64,000 nt of DNA, from NCBI GenBank assembly GCA_017464685.1, contig JAFTYO010000022.1, forward strand, positions 2,836 to 66,835. The letters are read 5' to 3'. Source of the DNA: Alphaproteobacteria bacterium. GTDB taxonomy: Bacteria; Pseudomonadota; Alphaproteobacteria; RF32; CAG-239. The position numbers were made by a program, and so were the translations under genes. This document shows, piece after piece, positions 48,171-57,526 of the stretch (position 1 is the first letter of the stretch; each line of letters begins with the position of its first letter). Under the pieces are notes generated by a model that was not told where the DNA came from, made no database searches, and worked only from the letters and a program-made list of their open reading frames with translations.

Positions 48171-48626
48171 ATGAGAAAATATTTTCTTTTATCTGCTGTT
48201 GCTTTAATAGCTGCAACAACAGCAAACGCAACAACCGACTATGCCGAAGTAACCGCTAAGGCTACAATTGAAGTGGCAAACAAGTATGATTGTGGTGAAG
48301 TTAATTGGGGCACAATCGTTGTCAAACAAAACAATTCTGATATTTTGTTACAAATGGATTCGGATACTGGAAAAGTAACTTCTGGTTCAGATGATGTAAT
48401 TTCCGTTACTGGTGCATCTAGAGCACAGTGTGATAACTCGGAGACTGAGTTGTACCCTGAGGGGATGAATATACCTTCCATAACATTAAGAGCCGATGGT
48501 AAAACACAAACTCTTACCTATGCTCCGGACGGTTACGGCGATTTTATAGGTGGCAGCTTAACAATTCCTGCCAAAATTGAAGCCGGCACTTATACAGGTT
48601 CATTTACTATTACTGAAACTTACTAA
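48171..48626 (+). CDS. SCPU/Csu-pilin-like secreted protein, paralog 1 (151 aa)
   Basis: Signal peptide (MRKYFLLSAVALIAATTANA). The mature domain has a Cys followed by a W/FG motif, and the C-terminus (GTYTGSFTITETY) matches the spore-coat-U/Csu pilin end motif. Confidence 0.5.
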   Translation: MRKYFLLSAVALIAATTANATTDYAEVTAKATIEVANKYDCGEVNWGTIVVKQNNSDILLQMDSDTGKVTSGSDDVISVTGASRAQCDNSETELYPEGMNIPSITLRADGKTQTLTYAPDGYGDFIGGSLTIPAKIEAGTYTGSFTITETY

Positions 48627-48637
48627 TAATTTACCTA

Positions 48638-48672
48638 CCGCCTCGGGCTTAAAAACCTCGAGGCGGTTTTTT
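48638..48672. terminator. bidirectional rho-independent terminator
   Basis: CCGCCTCG-GGCTTAAAAAC-CTCGAGGCGG followed by TTTTTT. Confidence 0.65.
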
Positions 48673-48676
48673 ATTT

Positions 48677-49048
48677 TCACAACCAAGTTAAGACAAGAAA
48701 CAATATCGGTGATAAAAAAATAAGCTTTGCCAATGTGGGGTGATTTTTCATATTACTGGTACCGATTAAGAACAAAAGAAAAAACTCTATTAATAAATCT
48801 TGCATATTGCCAATATAAACTTCTTGATTGATATAATACCATAAACCTTGAGTATATTCAGAATTAAAAATAGCATCATTTTCTGTAGGCGGATTTAGAT
48901 ATCCCCAAATCAATATAAAATAAAACAACGAATATAGTGCAACATACCACTTAAAATCCAAAAGCAATTTAATTGTATTGACAATATGTTCTTTAACAAT
49001 ATTTATGGCTCGCATTTGATATTCCTTATTGGTGTAACATTTTTTCAT
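48677..49048 (-). CDS. small 3-TM membrane protein (123 aa), candidate immunity partner of the upstream toxin-like gene
   Basis: Lies immediately downstream of the DUF2778-like gene on the same strand. Three hydrophobic helices. Confidence 0.35.
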   Translation of the reverse strand: MKKCYTNKEYQMRAINIVKEHIVNTIKLLLDFKWYVALYSLFYFILIWGYLNPPTENDAIFNSEYTQGLWYYINQEVYIGNMQDLLIEFFLLFLIGTSNMKNHPTLAKLIFLSPILFLVLTWL

Positions 49049-49105
49049 ATTACCAGTAAAAACATTAAAAGCAAGATTAAATATTCTTGCCTCTAATGTT
49101 TATGC

Positions 49106-49738
49106 TTACCAATTATTCGGATATTTTACATATACAGGTACAGATTCTTGACAATCATCTAAATAGTCATTTAATTTTCCCGTTTGCCACGGAATATCAA
49201 TACAACCCGCAGAGCCTTTACTTAGTCCACCATGTATCGTAAATCCTGAACGGCCATATGTATCGGTATTTTCATCAGGTTGCAACCAAACACGGTTTAT
49301 TCCCCACGCTGGAATTGACCCTGGCCATTTTCCGCGTTTTCCGAAACCAATAATAGAATCAATTAATGATATATTCTGTCTTTGGTCTTGATTAGCATAA
49401 TATATCCCCTCAGGTAACGGACCTTTATTAGCTACATTTTGATATCGTGAACTTTGATAATCTCGATGACCTGATTGAGCATCCAGATTAGCATATTGTC
49501 CCATATTATTATATAATCCTAAATTTTGACCATTGAATGTCATATAACAATTCGGATTGTTATAACTGTCATTTGGGCAATAACCATAATTATCGTTGGA
49601 TACATAATTACCGCCATACATAGTATCATAGTACCTTTGTCGATTGGCATATTCTTTAAGCTTATTAAGAAAATTCTGATTCGAATATCCTGTGTTGTAA
49701 GTTTGTTCATAAGATTGATATTTTGGATAATTATACAT
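49106..49738 (-). CDS. DUF2778/Tlde1-like protein with an L,D-transpeptidase catalytic fold and an N/Y/Q-rich N-terminus (210 aa)
   Basis: The C-terminal block GPLPEGIYY...GRSGFTIHGGLSKGSAGCID has H and Cys arranged as in YkuD-type L,D-transpeptidases and the Tlde1 effector family. The N-terminal ~110 aa are low-complexity N/Y/Q-rich. Confidence 0.5.
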   Translation of the reverse strand: MYNYPKYQSYEQTYNTGYSNQNFLNKLKEYANRQRYYDTMYGGNYVSNDNYGYCPNDSYNNPNCYMTFNGQNLGLYNNMGQYANLDAQSGHRDYQSSRYQNVANKGPLPEGIYYANQDQRQNISLIDSIIGFGKRGKWPGSIPAWGINRVWLQPDENTDTYGRSGFTIHGGLSKGSAGCIDIPWQTGKLNDYLDDCQESVPVYVKYPNNW

Positions 49739-49904
49739 ATTTTTTTCCTTTCAAAAGTTATTGTTATTTTCATTACAAAATTTGTTATAACACGAAAAAT
49801 CTAAAATATCAATAAAAATATATTAAAAACAATATTTTTAATATTTAAACTCATATATAACAAAACACTAATTATCAACTCTCGGTTTTTGCTCATACCT
49901 CTAC

Positions 49905-50034
49905 ACCATTTTTGATTTAAATCCACAATTAGACTCTTTTTACTTGCAAAAAAAACGGTTTAAGATGCGATATGAAAGGCTAATTTTTAGCTTTTCAAAT
50001 TAAGTTTAACTATTTTTGTAAAGGATTAAATAAA
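49905..50034 (+). promoter_or_regulatory. conserved upstream region U2, with an 8-A tract (49948..49955) and the palindrome GATTTAAATC
   Basis: The same block as U1 and U3, differing mainly in A-tract length. Confidence 0.5.
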
Positions 50035-50481
50035 ATGAGAAAATATTTTCTTTTAACTGCTGTTGCTTTAATAGCTGCAACAACAGCAAACGCAACAACC
50101 GACTATGCCGAAGTAACAGCAAAAGCTACAATCGAGGTAGCAGGTACTTTTTCTTGTTCTAAAATCAATTATGGTAACATTGTAGTAAAACAAAAAAATA
50201 GAGCTTTTTCTATTCTTGCCCATGATTTATCTTCTGATGGTGGTTATGCTGATGACCTTATTTCAATCACAGGTGCTAATAATGCTGTATCAACATGTAC
50301 TGCAACTATTCCAGATAGTGTTGGTGGTTATGTTGAGCTGACAAATAGCAATGGTGATAAAATAGGAGTTGAATATCATGGAGAAAATACTACTAATTTA
50401 TACTCATTCATTAGTATCCCTGCCGAGGTTAAAGCCGGTGAATATGAAGGTTCATTTACCTTAACTTTAACTCAAGAATAA
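50035..50481 (+). CDS. SCPU/Csu-pilin-like secreted protein, paralog 2 (148 aa)
   Basis: Its signal peptide is identical to paralog 1 for 20 aa. C-terminus GEYEGSFTLTLTQE. Confidence 0.5.
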   Translation: MRKYFLLTAVALIAATTANATTDYAEVTAKATIEVAGTFSCSKINYGNIVVKQKNRAFSILAHDLSSDGGYADDLISITGANNAVSTCTATIPDSVGGYVELTNSNGDKIGVEYHGENTTNLYSFISIPAEVKAGEYEGSFTLTLTQE

Positions 50482-50499
50482 ATCTCATATCAACTTAAA

Positions 50500-50526
50500 A
50501 AAGAGGGGTAGCAACCCCTCTTTTTC
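50500..50526 (+). terminator. rho-independent terminator
   Basis: AGAGGGG-TAGCAA-CCCCTCT followed by TTTTT. Confidence 0.65.
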
Positions 50527-50675
50527 GACCTTTTGCAACTGATATCAACTTTTGCCAAAGGAACATTTTCGGCTCAACTCTGAAACTTAAAGTCTGCTTG
50601 ACTTTTATTATCATCATCGAACACCTATGATATAGTCCTAACTTTTGACTTTACAATCATTATAAAACTTATTTA

Positions 50676-51584
50676 CTATAAAACGATGTTTTTCTCAAAA
50701 GTAAAACCTCGCAAAAGCTCCTTAATTTGCATTGCCTTTTTGCCTTGTCTTTGAACTTTATCAACCCGTAATGCTTTATCTCTACAGCCGATTATCAAAG
50801 CTTTTTGTCCCTCGATGATTTTACCAGCATCAGCTTTAATATCTTCAACGGTTGCTTTTAAGAGCTTAAATCTTTCGCCCTGATACTCAAAAAACATAGC
50901 CGGAAACGGATTAAAAGCTCTGATTTTTCTTTCTAAAACCTCTGCCGAATCGTCAAAATTTATTTTTGTTTCTTCTTTATCCAGTTTGTTGGCATAAGTT
51001 ACCAAATTTTGGTCTTGCTCAATTGGGACAATATTATCAAAATCTGATAAAACCTCACTGATTAAATCAGCTCCGATGACTGACAGTTTGTCATGTAAAA
51101 CACCGCCTGTGGTATTACCATCAATTTTTACCTCGCCTTTTTTATACATAGCACCTGCATCTAAGGCTTCAACAACTTGCATTATGGTAACTCCGCTTTT
51201 ATCGTCACCATATTCAATGCTTCGTTGAATTGGCGCTGCTCCTCGCCACCTTGGCAACAACGAGGCATGAACATTGATGCACCCTTTATCAAATGCTTCA
51301 ATTACGGCTTTAGGCAAAATTAAACCGTATGCCGCCACAACCGAAATATCAGCTTTTAACGAGCAAAACCTTTGTTGTTCATCTTCCGTTTTTAAGGTTT
51401 TTGGTGTCCTAACTTCAATACCAAACTTTTCCGCCAACAAATGAACAGGTGTTTTGTTTATTTGTTTTCCCCTGCCCGCTTCTTTCGGAGCTCTGGTATA
51501 AACGCAGACAACCTCGTGTTCTTTGATAAGTCTTTCCAAAACCGGAACGGCAAAATCAGGGGTTCCCATAAATACTATTTTCAT
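50676..51584 (-). CDS. fmt: methionyl-tRNA formyltransferase
   Basis: MKIVFMGTPDFAVP...HASLLPRWRGAAPIQR, the formyltransferase signature. Confidence 0.9.
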   Translation of the reverse strand: MKIVFMGTPDFAVPVLERLIKEHEVVCVYTRAPKEAGRGKQINKTPVHLLAEKFGIEVRTPKTLKTEDEQQRFCSLKADISVVAAYGLILPKAVIEAFDKGCINVHASLLPRWRGAAPIQRSIEYGDDKSGVTIMQVVEALDAGAMYKKGEVKIDGNTTGGVLHDKLSVIGADLISEVLSDFDNIVPIEQDQNLVTYANKLDKEETKINFDDSAEVLERKIRAFNPFPAMFFEYQGERFKLLKATVEDIKADAGKIIEGQKALIIGCRDKALRVDKVQRQGKKAMQIKELLRGFTFEKNIVL

Positions 51585-51599
51585 TTTTCTTCCTTTTAT

Positions 51600-51629
51600 A
51601 AATAAAAAGCCGCTAACAAAAGCGGCTTA
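51600..51629 (-). terminator. rho-independent terminator after the ppiD-like gene
   Basis: AAGCCGCT-TTTGTT-AGCGGCTT followed by a T-run on the minus strand. Confidence 0.55.
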
Positions 51630-51636
51630 ATGTTTT

Positions 51637-53520
51637 TTATAAATCAGTTAAGCCCATAAGCTTATATTTTACTCTGATTTTATATTCATCGGCATAGCTT
51701 TTGAGCAACGCATCGGTAAATGCGCTTAAGAGCTGTTGCTCTGCATTGCGTTTAATCAAGTCTTTTTCCTTAAGACTCAATTCAACCTCATTGTCAAAAT
51801 CTTGAACAGCAACGGCAACAACATAGTCCTCACCATATTGCATCTGATGAGGTGTATTAAGCGAATCGGCAAACATTGCTCTGATATCGGCATAGTTCAA
51901 GTTTGCAAATGTCTCATTTCTGGTAATCGGTCTTGAATTATACACATCTAAACCATAACGAGGGCCAACATCTGACAAATCATCGCCATTTTCCAAGTCG
52001 TGCATTATGTCATTTAATTTTTCTTGAGCTATGGCAGCTTTTTCATTGTCAGACCAAAGTTTAACAATGTCAGAACGAACAGTTTCAAGAGCTTTAGGGT
52101 GAGCTTCTTTAATGTTGTCAACTCTTAAAGCAAATAAGCCGTTATCGGTTTCCAAAACCTGAGATGTTTCACCTAAAGAATACAAAAATCCGACATCGGC
52201 AAAATCATTGCCCGCAATGAGGTCTTTAAGTTCATCAGGTGAAGATGTTGCAGTTCTGTCTTCAGCATAACCTGTCACTTTAGCAAGTTTAACATTCATC
52301 TCTTGTGCTATGGTTTCCAAATCTGTTCCGGCGCCGAGTTTGTCTTCAATGGAGGCCAAAACCTCATAGCTTGCATCATAAAGCCTTTCATCTTTTAAGA
52401 TTTTTTCAATTTCGGCTTTGGCTTGAGCATAATCGGTTTTTGAACTTTCTTTAATGTCGGCAACTTGCATAATTTGCCACATATCACCAACCTTTACAGG
52501 TTTGGTAAACTCGCCTTTTTTAAGAGCAAAAACCTGTTCCGACAACTCAGTAATGAGTTCATCAACGGAAGTAAAACCAAGATCTGTATCTTCTTTGCTT
52601 TGGTTTGCAAGCTCTTGAGCGATGTTGTAAAAATCTTTTCCTTGTTTGAGCTCAAAAAATGCTTTATTAGCAAGTTTTTCTTCATCGAACATCATTTGCA
52701 ACACTTGACGAGTTTCAGGTGTTTCATAATCCGACTTATTGTCTTCATAATAAAAGGCAATATCATCATCACTAATTTTTATATTGTCAAAAATGTTTTG
52801 CATCGGCACGTACAAAACTGTTAAATCTCTACGTTCGGGTTCCATAAATCCAACAGAAAAATCTTCATAATATTGGTTGATTTCTTCTTCGGAAATCGTT
52901 CTGTCGATTTTCATCTCTGAAGGTTTAATATTTACATATTTAAATGTACGACGCTTATTATCAACTTTTGTCTGAGCTTTAAGCAAAACTTGAGGAACAT
53001 TGATATTTAAAACCTGATTATCAATAAGCAAACGGCGAGCCAAATTGCGACTGATAGCTTTTACATATTCGGCTTCAGATAAACCGCTTTGAGATAAAAG
53101 CTCTCTGAATATATCTCGGTTGAAATTTCCGTTTTCATCACGAAATGTAACATCATTAACAATAAGACTGTGGATAAAATTCGGACTAAACAATACATTG
53201 TGCTTTTTGGCAGTTCTATCCATAATCGAATCGTTTAAGAGCTTTTGCGACAATCCGTAGACAATGGACGTCCTCATTTCATCGGTAAGTTCTTGATTAT
53301 CACCCAAAAGTTTTGAAGCAAGGGCAATTTCGTTTTGAGCCTGATAGGCAAACTGAGACTGCAAAATTTCAATGTTATCCACTTTTATAACGGCACGATT
53401 GTTGTTGGCATTGCTAATATAACTGCTGACGCCGAACAAGGACATAAAGCTGAGTGCGGTTAAGGTCAATATGAGCTTTGCGGCCCAACCTTTTTGTGCT
53501 TTTGCTAATTTAGTTATCAT
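51637..53520 (-). CDS. ppiD: periplasmic chaperone/peptidyl-prolyl isomerase, PpiD-like (627 aa)
   Basis: N-terminal TM anchor, a SurA-N-like chaperone region, and a size typical of PpiD. Confidence 0.65.
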   Translation of the reverse strand: MITKLAKAQKGWAAKLILTLTALSFMSLFGVSSYISNANNNRAVIKVDNIEILQSQFAYQAQNEIALASKLLGDNQELTDEMRTSIVYGLSQKLLNDSIMDRTAKKHNVLFSPNFIHSLIVNDVTFRDENGNFNRDIFRELLSQSGLSEAEYVKAISRNLARRLLIDNQVLNINVPQVLLKAQTKVDNKRRTFKYVNIKPSEMKIDRTISEEEINQYYEDFSVGFMEPERRDLTVLYVPMQNIFDNIKISDDDIAFYYEDNKSDYETPETRQVLQMMFDEEKLANKAFFELKQGKDFYNIAQELANQSKEDTDLGFTSVDELITELSEQVFALKKGEFTKPVKVGDMWQIMQVADIKESSKTDYAQAKAEIEKILKDERLYDASYEVLASIEDKLGAGTDLETIAQEMNVKLAKVTGYAEDRTATSSPDELKDLIAGNDFADVGFLYSLGETSQVLETDNGLFALRVDNIKEAHPKALETVRSDIVKLWSDNEKAAIAQEKLNDIMHDLENGDDLSDVGPRYGLDVYNSRPITRNETFANLNYADIRAMFADSLNTPHQMQYGEDYVVAVAVQDFDNEVELSLKEKDLIKRNAEQQLLSAFTDALLKSYADEYKIRVKYKLMGLTDL

Positions 53521-53684
53521 ATTTTTTTCCTACTATTAATAAAAAACATTTTTTGCCATTATAGTTTAATATTTATTTATTGCAATTACAAAATATTGGT
53601 GTTGAAAACTTTTTTTAACTGGAAAAATAAAAATCAATGTGCTAAAGATTTTTATTAGTGAATTTTAATTAAAAGGAATTTAAT

Positions 53685-54449
53685 ATGGCTCGTAAAATTT
53701 TAATTGCCGGTAACTGGAAAATGAACGGTCTTTTACAAGACGGAACAAATTTGGCTAAAGAAGTGGCAAATGAGGTTAAAAAACTCGGCAAACCAGAATG
53801 TGAATTTTTGGTTTGTCCGCCGTTTACTTTGCTTGACAGGGTTAAAAAAGCTTTACGCGGTTCCAAGGTTGCATTGGGTGCGCAAGATTGTCATATGGCC
53901 GAAAAAGGTGCTCATACAGGTGATATCAGTCCCTTAATGCTTAAAGATTTGGGCTGCACATATGCTTTGATAGGACACTCCGAAAGAAGAACAAATCATG
54001 GTGAAAGCAATGAGCTTGTTTGTAAGAAAGCCTTAAGTTTGCATGCATCAGGTTTAAAAGCCGTAATTTGCATCGGCGAGACCTTAGAAGAAAGAGAATC
54101 GGGAAAAACTATTGAGGTTTGTACAAATCAGATTATGGGCTCGGTTCCGGAAACCGCAAATGCAACCAACACCGTAATTGCTTATGAGCCGGTATGGGCA
54201 ATCGGCACCGGAAAAACACCGACAGCTACCGAAGTTCAAGAGACACATGCTGCCATCAGAAAAGTTGTTGCTAAAAAGTTAGGAAAATCCGTTGCAAATA
54301 AAATGCGTTTGTTGTATGGTGGCTCAGTTAAACCTTCTAACGCAACCGAGCTTCTGGCTTTAGAAGATGTTGACGGAGCATTAATCGGGGGTGCCAGCTT
54401 AAAAGCAACTGATTTTATGAGTATTGCTCAAAGTGTTTGTGGAAAATAA
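53685..54449 (+). CDS. tpiA: triosephosphate isomerase
   Basis: IAGNWKMNG, AYEPVWAIGTGKT and LYGGSV motifs. Confidence 0.9.
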   Translation: MARKILIAGNWKMNGLLQDGTNLAKEVANEVKKLGKPECEFLVCPPFTLLDRVKKALRGSKVALGAQDCHMAEKGAHTGDISPLMLKDLGCTYALIGHSERRTNHGESNELVCKKALSLHASGLKAVICIGETLEERESGKTIEVCTNQIMGSVPETANATNTVIAYEPVWAIGTGKTPTATEVQETHAAIRKVVAKKLGKSVANKMRLLYGGSVKPSNATELLALEDVDGALIGGASLKATDFMSIAQSVCGK

Positions 54450-54464
54450 GAAAAGGAAAATAAA

Positions 54465-54797
54465 ATGGGATCGGTATTGTTAGTTATACATTTAATTACG
54501 GCAATTTTTTTGGTCGTCATCATTTTGATGCAAAGATCATCCGGTGGGGCCTTAAACGGTTTAGGTGGCGGTTCAGGTGCAAACAGTTTTTTAAGTGCCA
54601 GAGGAACAGGAAATCTATTAACCCGTTTAACTGCAATTTTAGCAACAATTTTCTTTGTAACCAGCATTTCGCTTGCCATATATTATAAAGGAGCTGAACG
54701 TAAAAGTTCTTCAATTTTAGATGTTGCTCCCGCAACCAAAAGTATACCGACTACATCTGCCGAACCGGTAGTACCAAGCGTTCCACAGGCTGAGTAA
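54465..54797 (+). CDS. secG: preprotein translocase subunit SecG
   Basis: Two TM helices with a Gly-rich loop (GGALNGLGGGSGANSF). Confidence 0.85.
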   Translation: MGSVLLVIHLITAIFLVVIILMQRSSGGALNGLGGGSGANSFLSARGTGNLLTRLTAILATIFFVTSISLAIYYKGAERKSSSILDVAPATKSIPTTSAEPVVPSVPQAE

Positions 54798-54886
54798 GTA
54801 TATGGTCACAAACAAAAAATAGGCACCTTAAAAAGACATAAGGTGCCTTTCTCACTTTTAAACAGATAAAAAAGGACTTTAAAAAG

Positions 54887-56476
54887 ATGATAAATCCAAA
54901 GACAAAATTTATATTTATAACCGGCGGTGTTGTATCTTCATTGGGAAAAGGTTTGGCTTCCGCCTCTTTAGCTGCAGTGTTGCAAGGACATGGTTTTAAG
55001 GTGCGTTTAAGAAAACTAGATCCGTATTTAAATGTTAATCCCGGAATTATGAGCCCATATCAGCACGGAGAAGTTTTTATTACCGATGACGGCACGAAAG
55101 CTGATTTGGATTTAGGCCATTATGAAAGATTTTCAGGTGTATCAGCAACCAAGTTTGACTCAATTACCACCGGTAAAATTTATCAAAGAGTGATTGATAA
55201 AGAAAAACGAGGTGAATATAACGGTGCAACCATTCAGGTAATTCCGCATGTTACCAATGAAATTAAAGATTTTATTATTTCAAATTTAGACGATGAAGAT
55301 TTTGTGCTGTGTGAAATCGGCGGCACGGTAGGTGACATTGAGGGACAACCATATTTAGAGGCTATTCGTCAAGTTGCTTATGATTTGGGGCGCAACAGAG
55401 TTATGTTTATTCATCTTACGTTATTACCGTTTATTCCTACTGCCGGTGAGCTCAAGACTAAACCGACGCAACATTCGGTAAAAAAATTGCAAGAATACGG
55501 CATTCAACCGGATATGCTTTTATGTCGTTCACAAATTAAGATTCCTGAAAATGAAAAAAGGAAATTGGCATTATTTTGCAATGTTAGAGAAGAAAATGTT
55601 ATTGCCGCTCTTGATGTAAGCAACATTTACCAAGTTCCGCTTGCATATTCTAATGAGGGAATGGACAGAGCCGTTTGTCGATATTTTAACATTGACAATG
55701 ACAAACCGGCCGATTTAAGCAAATGGCAAAAAATTGTTGAAACCATTAAAACACCGGAGGGGCAAATTTGTGTCGGGGTAGTCGGAAAATATACAGAACT
55801 TTTGGAAGCATACAAATCTTTGCACGAGGCCATTAAGCACGGAGCAATTGCAAATCATTATCAGGTAAAAATAAAATGGATAGATGCCAAAAGTTTAGAC
55901 ACACAAAATTTGAGTGCATATTTTAAAGATGTAAACGCTATTATTGTTCCGTCAGGAGCAGGAGTTGAAGGCAACAACGGAAAACTTGCGGCCATCAGAT
56001 ATGCCAGAGAAAACAACATTGTCTTTTTAGGAATTTGTTTGGGTATGCAACTGGCAGTAATTGAATATGCTCGCAATGTTTTGGACATTAAAGATGCAGA
56101 TTCTGCTGAGTTTAATAACAATTGCACACCGTTTGTAAAAATTAATGATACAAAAAAAACTCGTATCGGAGCCCATCTTTGCTGTTTAGATAACGAATCG
56201 AAAATATGCCAAATTTATAATTCATCTGAAATTGAGGAAAGACATTATCATAAGTATGAGATAAACTCCGATTATGAAAAATTGTTGAAAAAAGCCGGAA
56301 TGGTTGTCAGTGGAAAATCACCTGACGGCAAATTGTTCGAAGCAATTGAGCTTAAAAATCACCCTTGGTTTATCGGTGTTCAGTTTCACCCTGAGTTAAA
56401 ATCAAAACCGTTTGCTCCGCATCCGTTGTTTGTATCTTTAATCAAGGCAGCTATTGATAATAGCCGTTTGATGTAA
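54887..56476 (+). CDS. pyrG: CTP synthase
   Basis: N-terminal ITGGVVSSLGKG and a C-terminal glutamine amidotransferase domain (GICLGMQ, HPE). Confidence 0.95.
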   Translation: MINPKTKFIFITGGVVSSLGKGLASASLAAVLQGHGFKVRLRKLDPYLNVNPGIMSPYQHGEVFITDDGTKADLDLGHYERFSGVSATKFDSITTGKIYQRVIDKEKRGEYNGATIQVIPHVTNEIKDFIISNLDDEDFVLCEIGGTVGDIEGQPYLEAIRQVAYDLGRNRVMFIHLTLLPFIPTAGELKTKPTQHSVKKLQEYGIQPDMLLCRSQIKIPENEKRKLALFCNVREENVIAALDVSNIYQVPLAYSNEGMDRAVCRYFNIDNDKPADLSKWQKIVETIKTPEGQICVGVVGKYTELLEAYKSLHEAIKHGAIANHYQVKIKWIDAKSLDTQNLSAYFKDVNAIIVPSGAGVEGNNGKLAAIRYARENNIVFLGICLGMQLAVIEYARNVLDIKDADSAEFNNNCTPFVKINDTKKTRIGAHLCCLDNESKICQIYNSSEIEERHYHKYEINSDYEKLLKKAGMVVSGKSPDGKLFEAIELKNHPWFIGVQFHPELKSKPFAPHPLFVSLIKAAIDNSRLM

Positions 56477-56498
56477 TTATTTTTGTATTAAAATTATA

Positions 56499-56536
56499 AC
56501 CCATACAGTTAAACTTTTTTCTGTATGGGTTTTCTT
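56499..56536 (+). terminator. rho-independent terminator after pyrG
   Basis: CCCATACAG-loop-CTGTATGGG followed by TTTT. Confidence 0.6.
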
Positions 56537-56539
56537 ACC

Positions 56540-56671
56540 TCATTTTTGATTTAAATCCACATTAAGACTCTTTTTACTTGCAAAAAAAAAAAACGGTTTA
56601 TGATGTGATGTAAGAGGTAAAAATTGCCCTCTTAAAACTTAAAGTTAAACTATTTTTAAGGATTAAAACAT
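56540..56671 (+). promoter_or_regulatory. conserved upstream region U3, with a 12-A tract (56582..56593) and GATTTAAATC
   Basis: The same block as U1 and U2. Confidence 0.5.
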
Positions 56672-57202
56672 ATGAGAAAATATTTTCTTTTAGGTGCTGT
56701 TGCTTTGATGATTTCAGGCACAGCAAATGCCACCGGATATGCATCGGGTGTTTTTGCAACAACAGTTAATTTAAAAAAAGCATCTGCCATTGAATGTTCT
56801 CAAGCTCTAGATTTTGGAACAGTGATAGTCACAACTTTAGAAGATAGTTCTGGCACAGTCGAGATATTGGGTAAGAATGGAAAAAATGTAAGCAGTGGAA
56901 GTAATGGAATATTCATAGAAGGCACACCTACACCTGCTAAATGTACTATATCCGGCGATGCAGCTTATGCAATAGCAGATACTAATGCAACAATTACTTT
57001 TGAAAGGCTAAATCCTGTAATTAACAGTGCTGATACAGGAGTAGAATTTTCTACAGATGACTCTTATGTTGCTTATAACGAGGAAGAGTATTATGAAGGT
57101 GATGGAAATATGGACCTGTTTATTGGTGGTAAATTATCAATTTCGGAACTTTATACTGAAGGTGAATTTACAGAAAACATTCTAATGAAAATTACATACT
57201 AA
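56672..57202 (+). CDS. SCPU/Csu-pilin-like secreted protein, paralog 3 (176 aa)
   Basis: Signal peptide MRKYFLLGAVALMISGTANA. The block ...ECSQALDFGTVIV... matches the SCPU Cys and FG motif. Confidence 0.5.
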   Translation: MRKYFLLGAVALMISGTANATGYASGVFATTVNLKKASAIECSQALDFGTVIVTTLEDSSGTVEILGKNGKNVSSGSNGIFIEGTPTPAKCTISGDAAYAIADTNATITFERLNPVINSADTGVEFSTDDSYVAYNEEEYYEGDGNMDLFIGGKLSISELYTEGEFTENILMKITY

Positions 57203-57210
57203 TCTTTCAT

Positions 57211-57242
57211 AAAAAGAGGAGCTTCTTGCTCCTCTTTTTTTA
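57211..57242. terminator. bidirectional terminator
   Basis: AGAGGAGC-TTCTT-GCTCCTCT followed by TTTTTT. Confidence 0.65.
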
Positions 57243-57455
57243 AGACTTTTTAACCACAACCACTCTATCGGGTACAATTTGGGTATAAGCAAGCCATATT
57301 GCAGACAAGCCTACCAGCATATACACAATACGGCTTAACATACTCATATCTCCGAACAAGGCCGAAACCAAGTTAAATCCGAACAAACCTATTAAGCCCC
57401 ATGTTATACCGCCGACGATTGTGAGCCACAAAGCTAATTTTTCCATAAAATACAT
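57240..57455 (-). CDS. DUF378 small membrane protein (71 aa)
   Basis: LTIVGGITWGLIGLFGFNLV...YMLVGLSAIW matches the DUF378 pattern. Confidence 0.65.
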   Translation of the reverse strand: MYFMEKLALWLTIVGGITWGLIGLFGFNLVSALFGDMSMLSRIVYMLVGLSAIWLAYTQIVPDRVVVVKKS

Positions 57456-57526
57456 TTTTTCCTCCTAAAAAAAGGTTTTTACTTTTTGTGCAAATGTGAT
57501 ATATCCCTAAAGAGATAATTTTCAAT

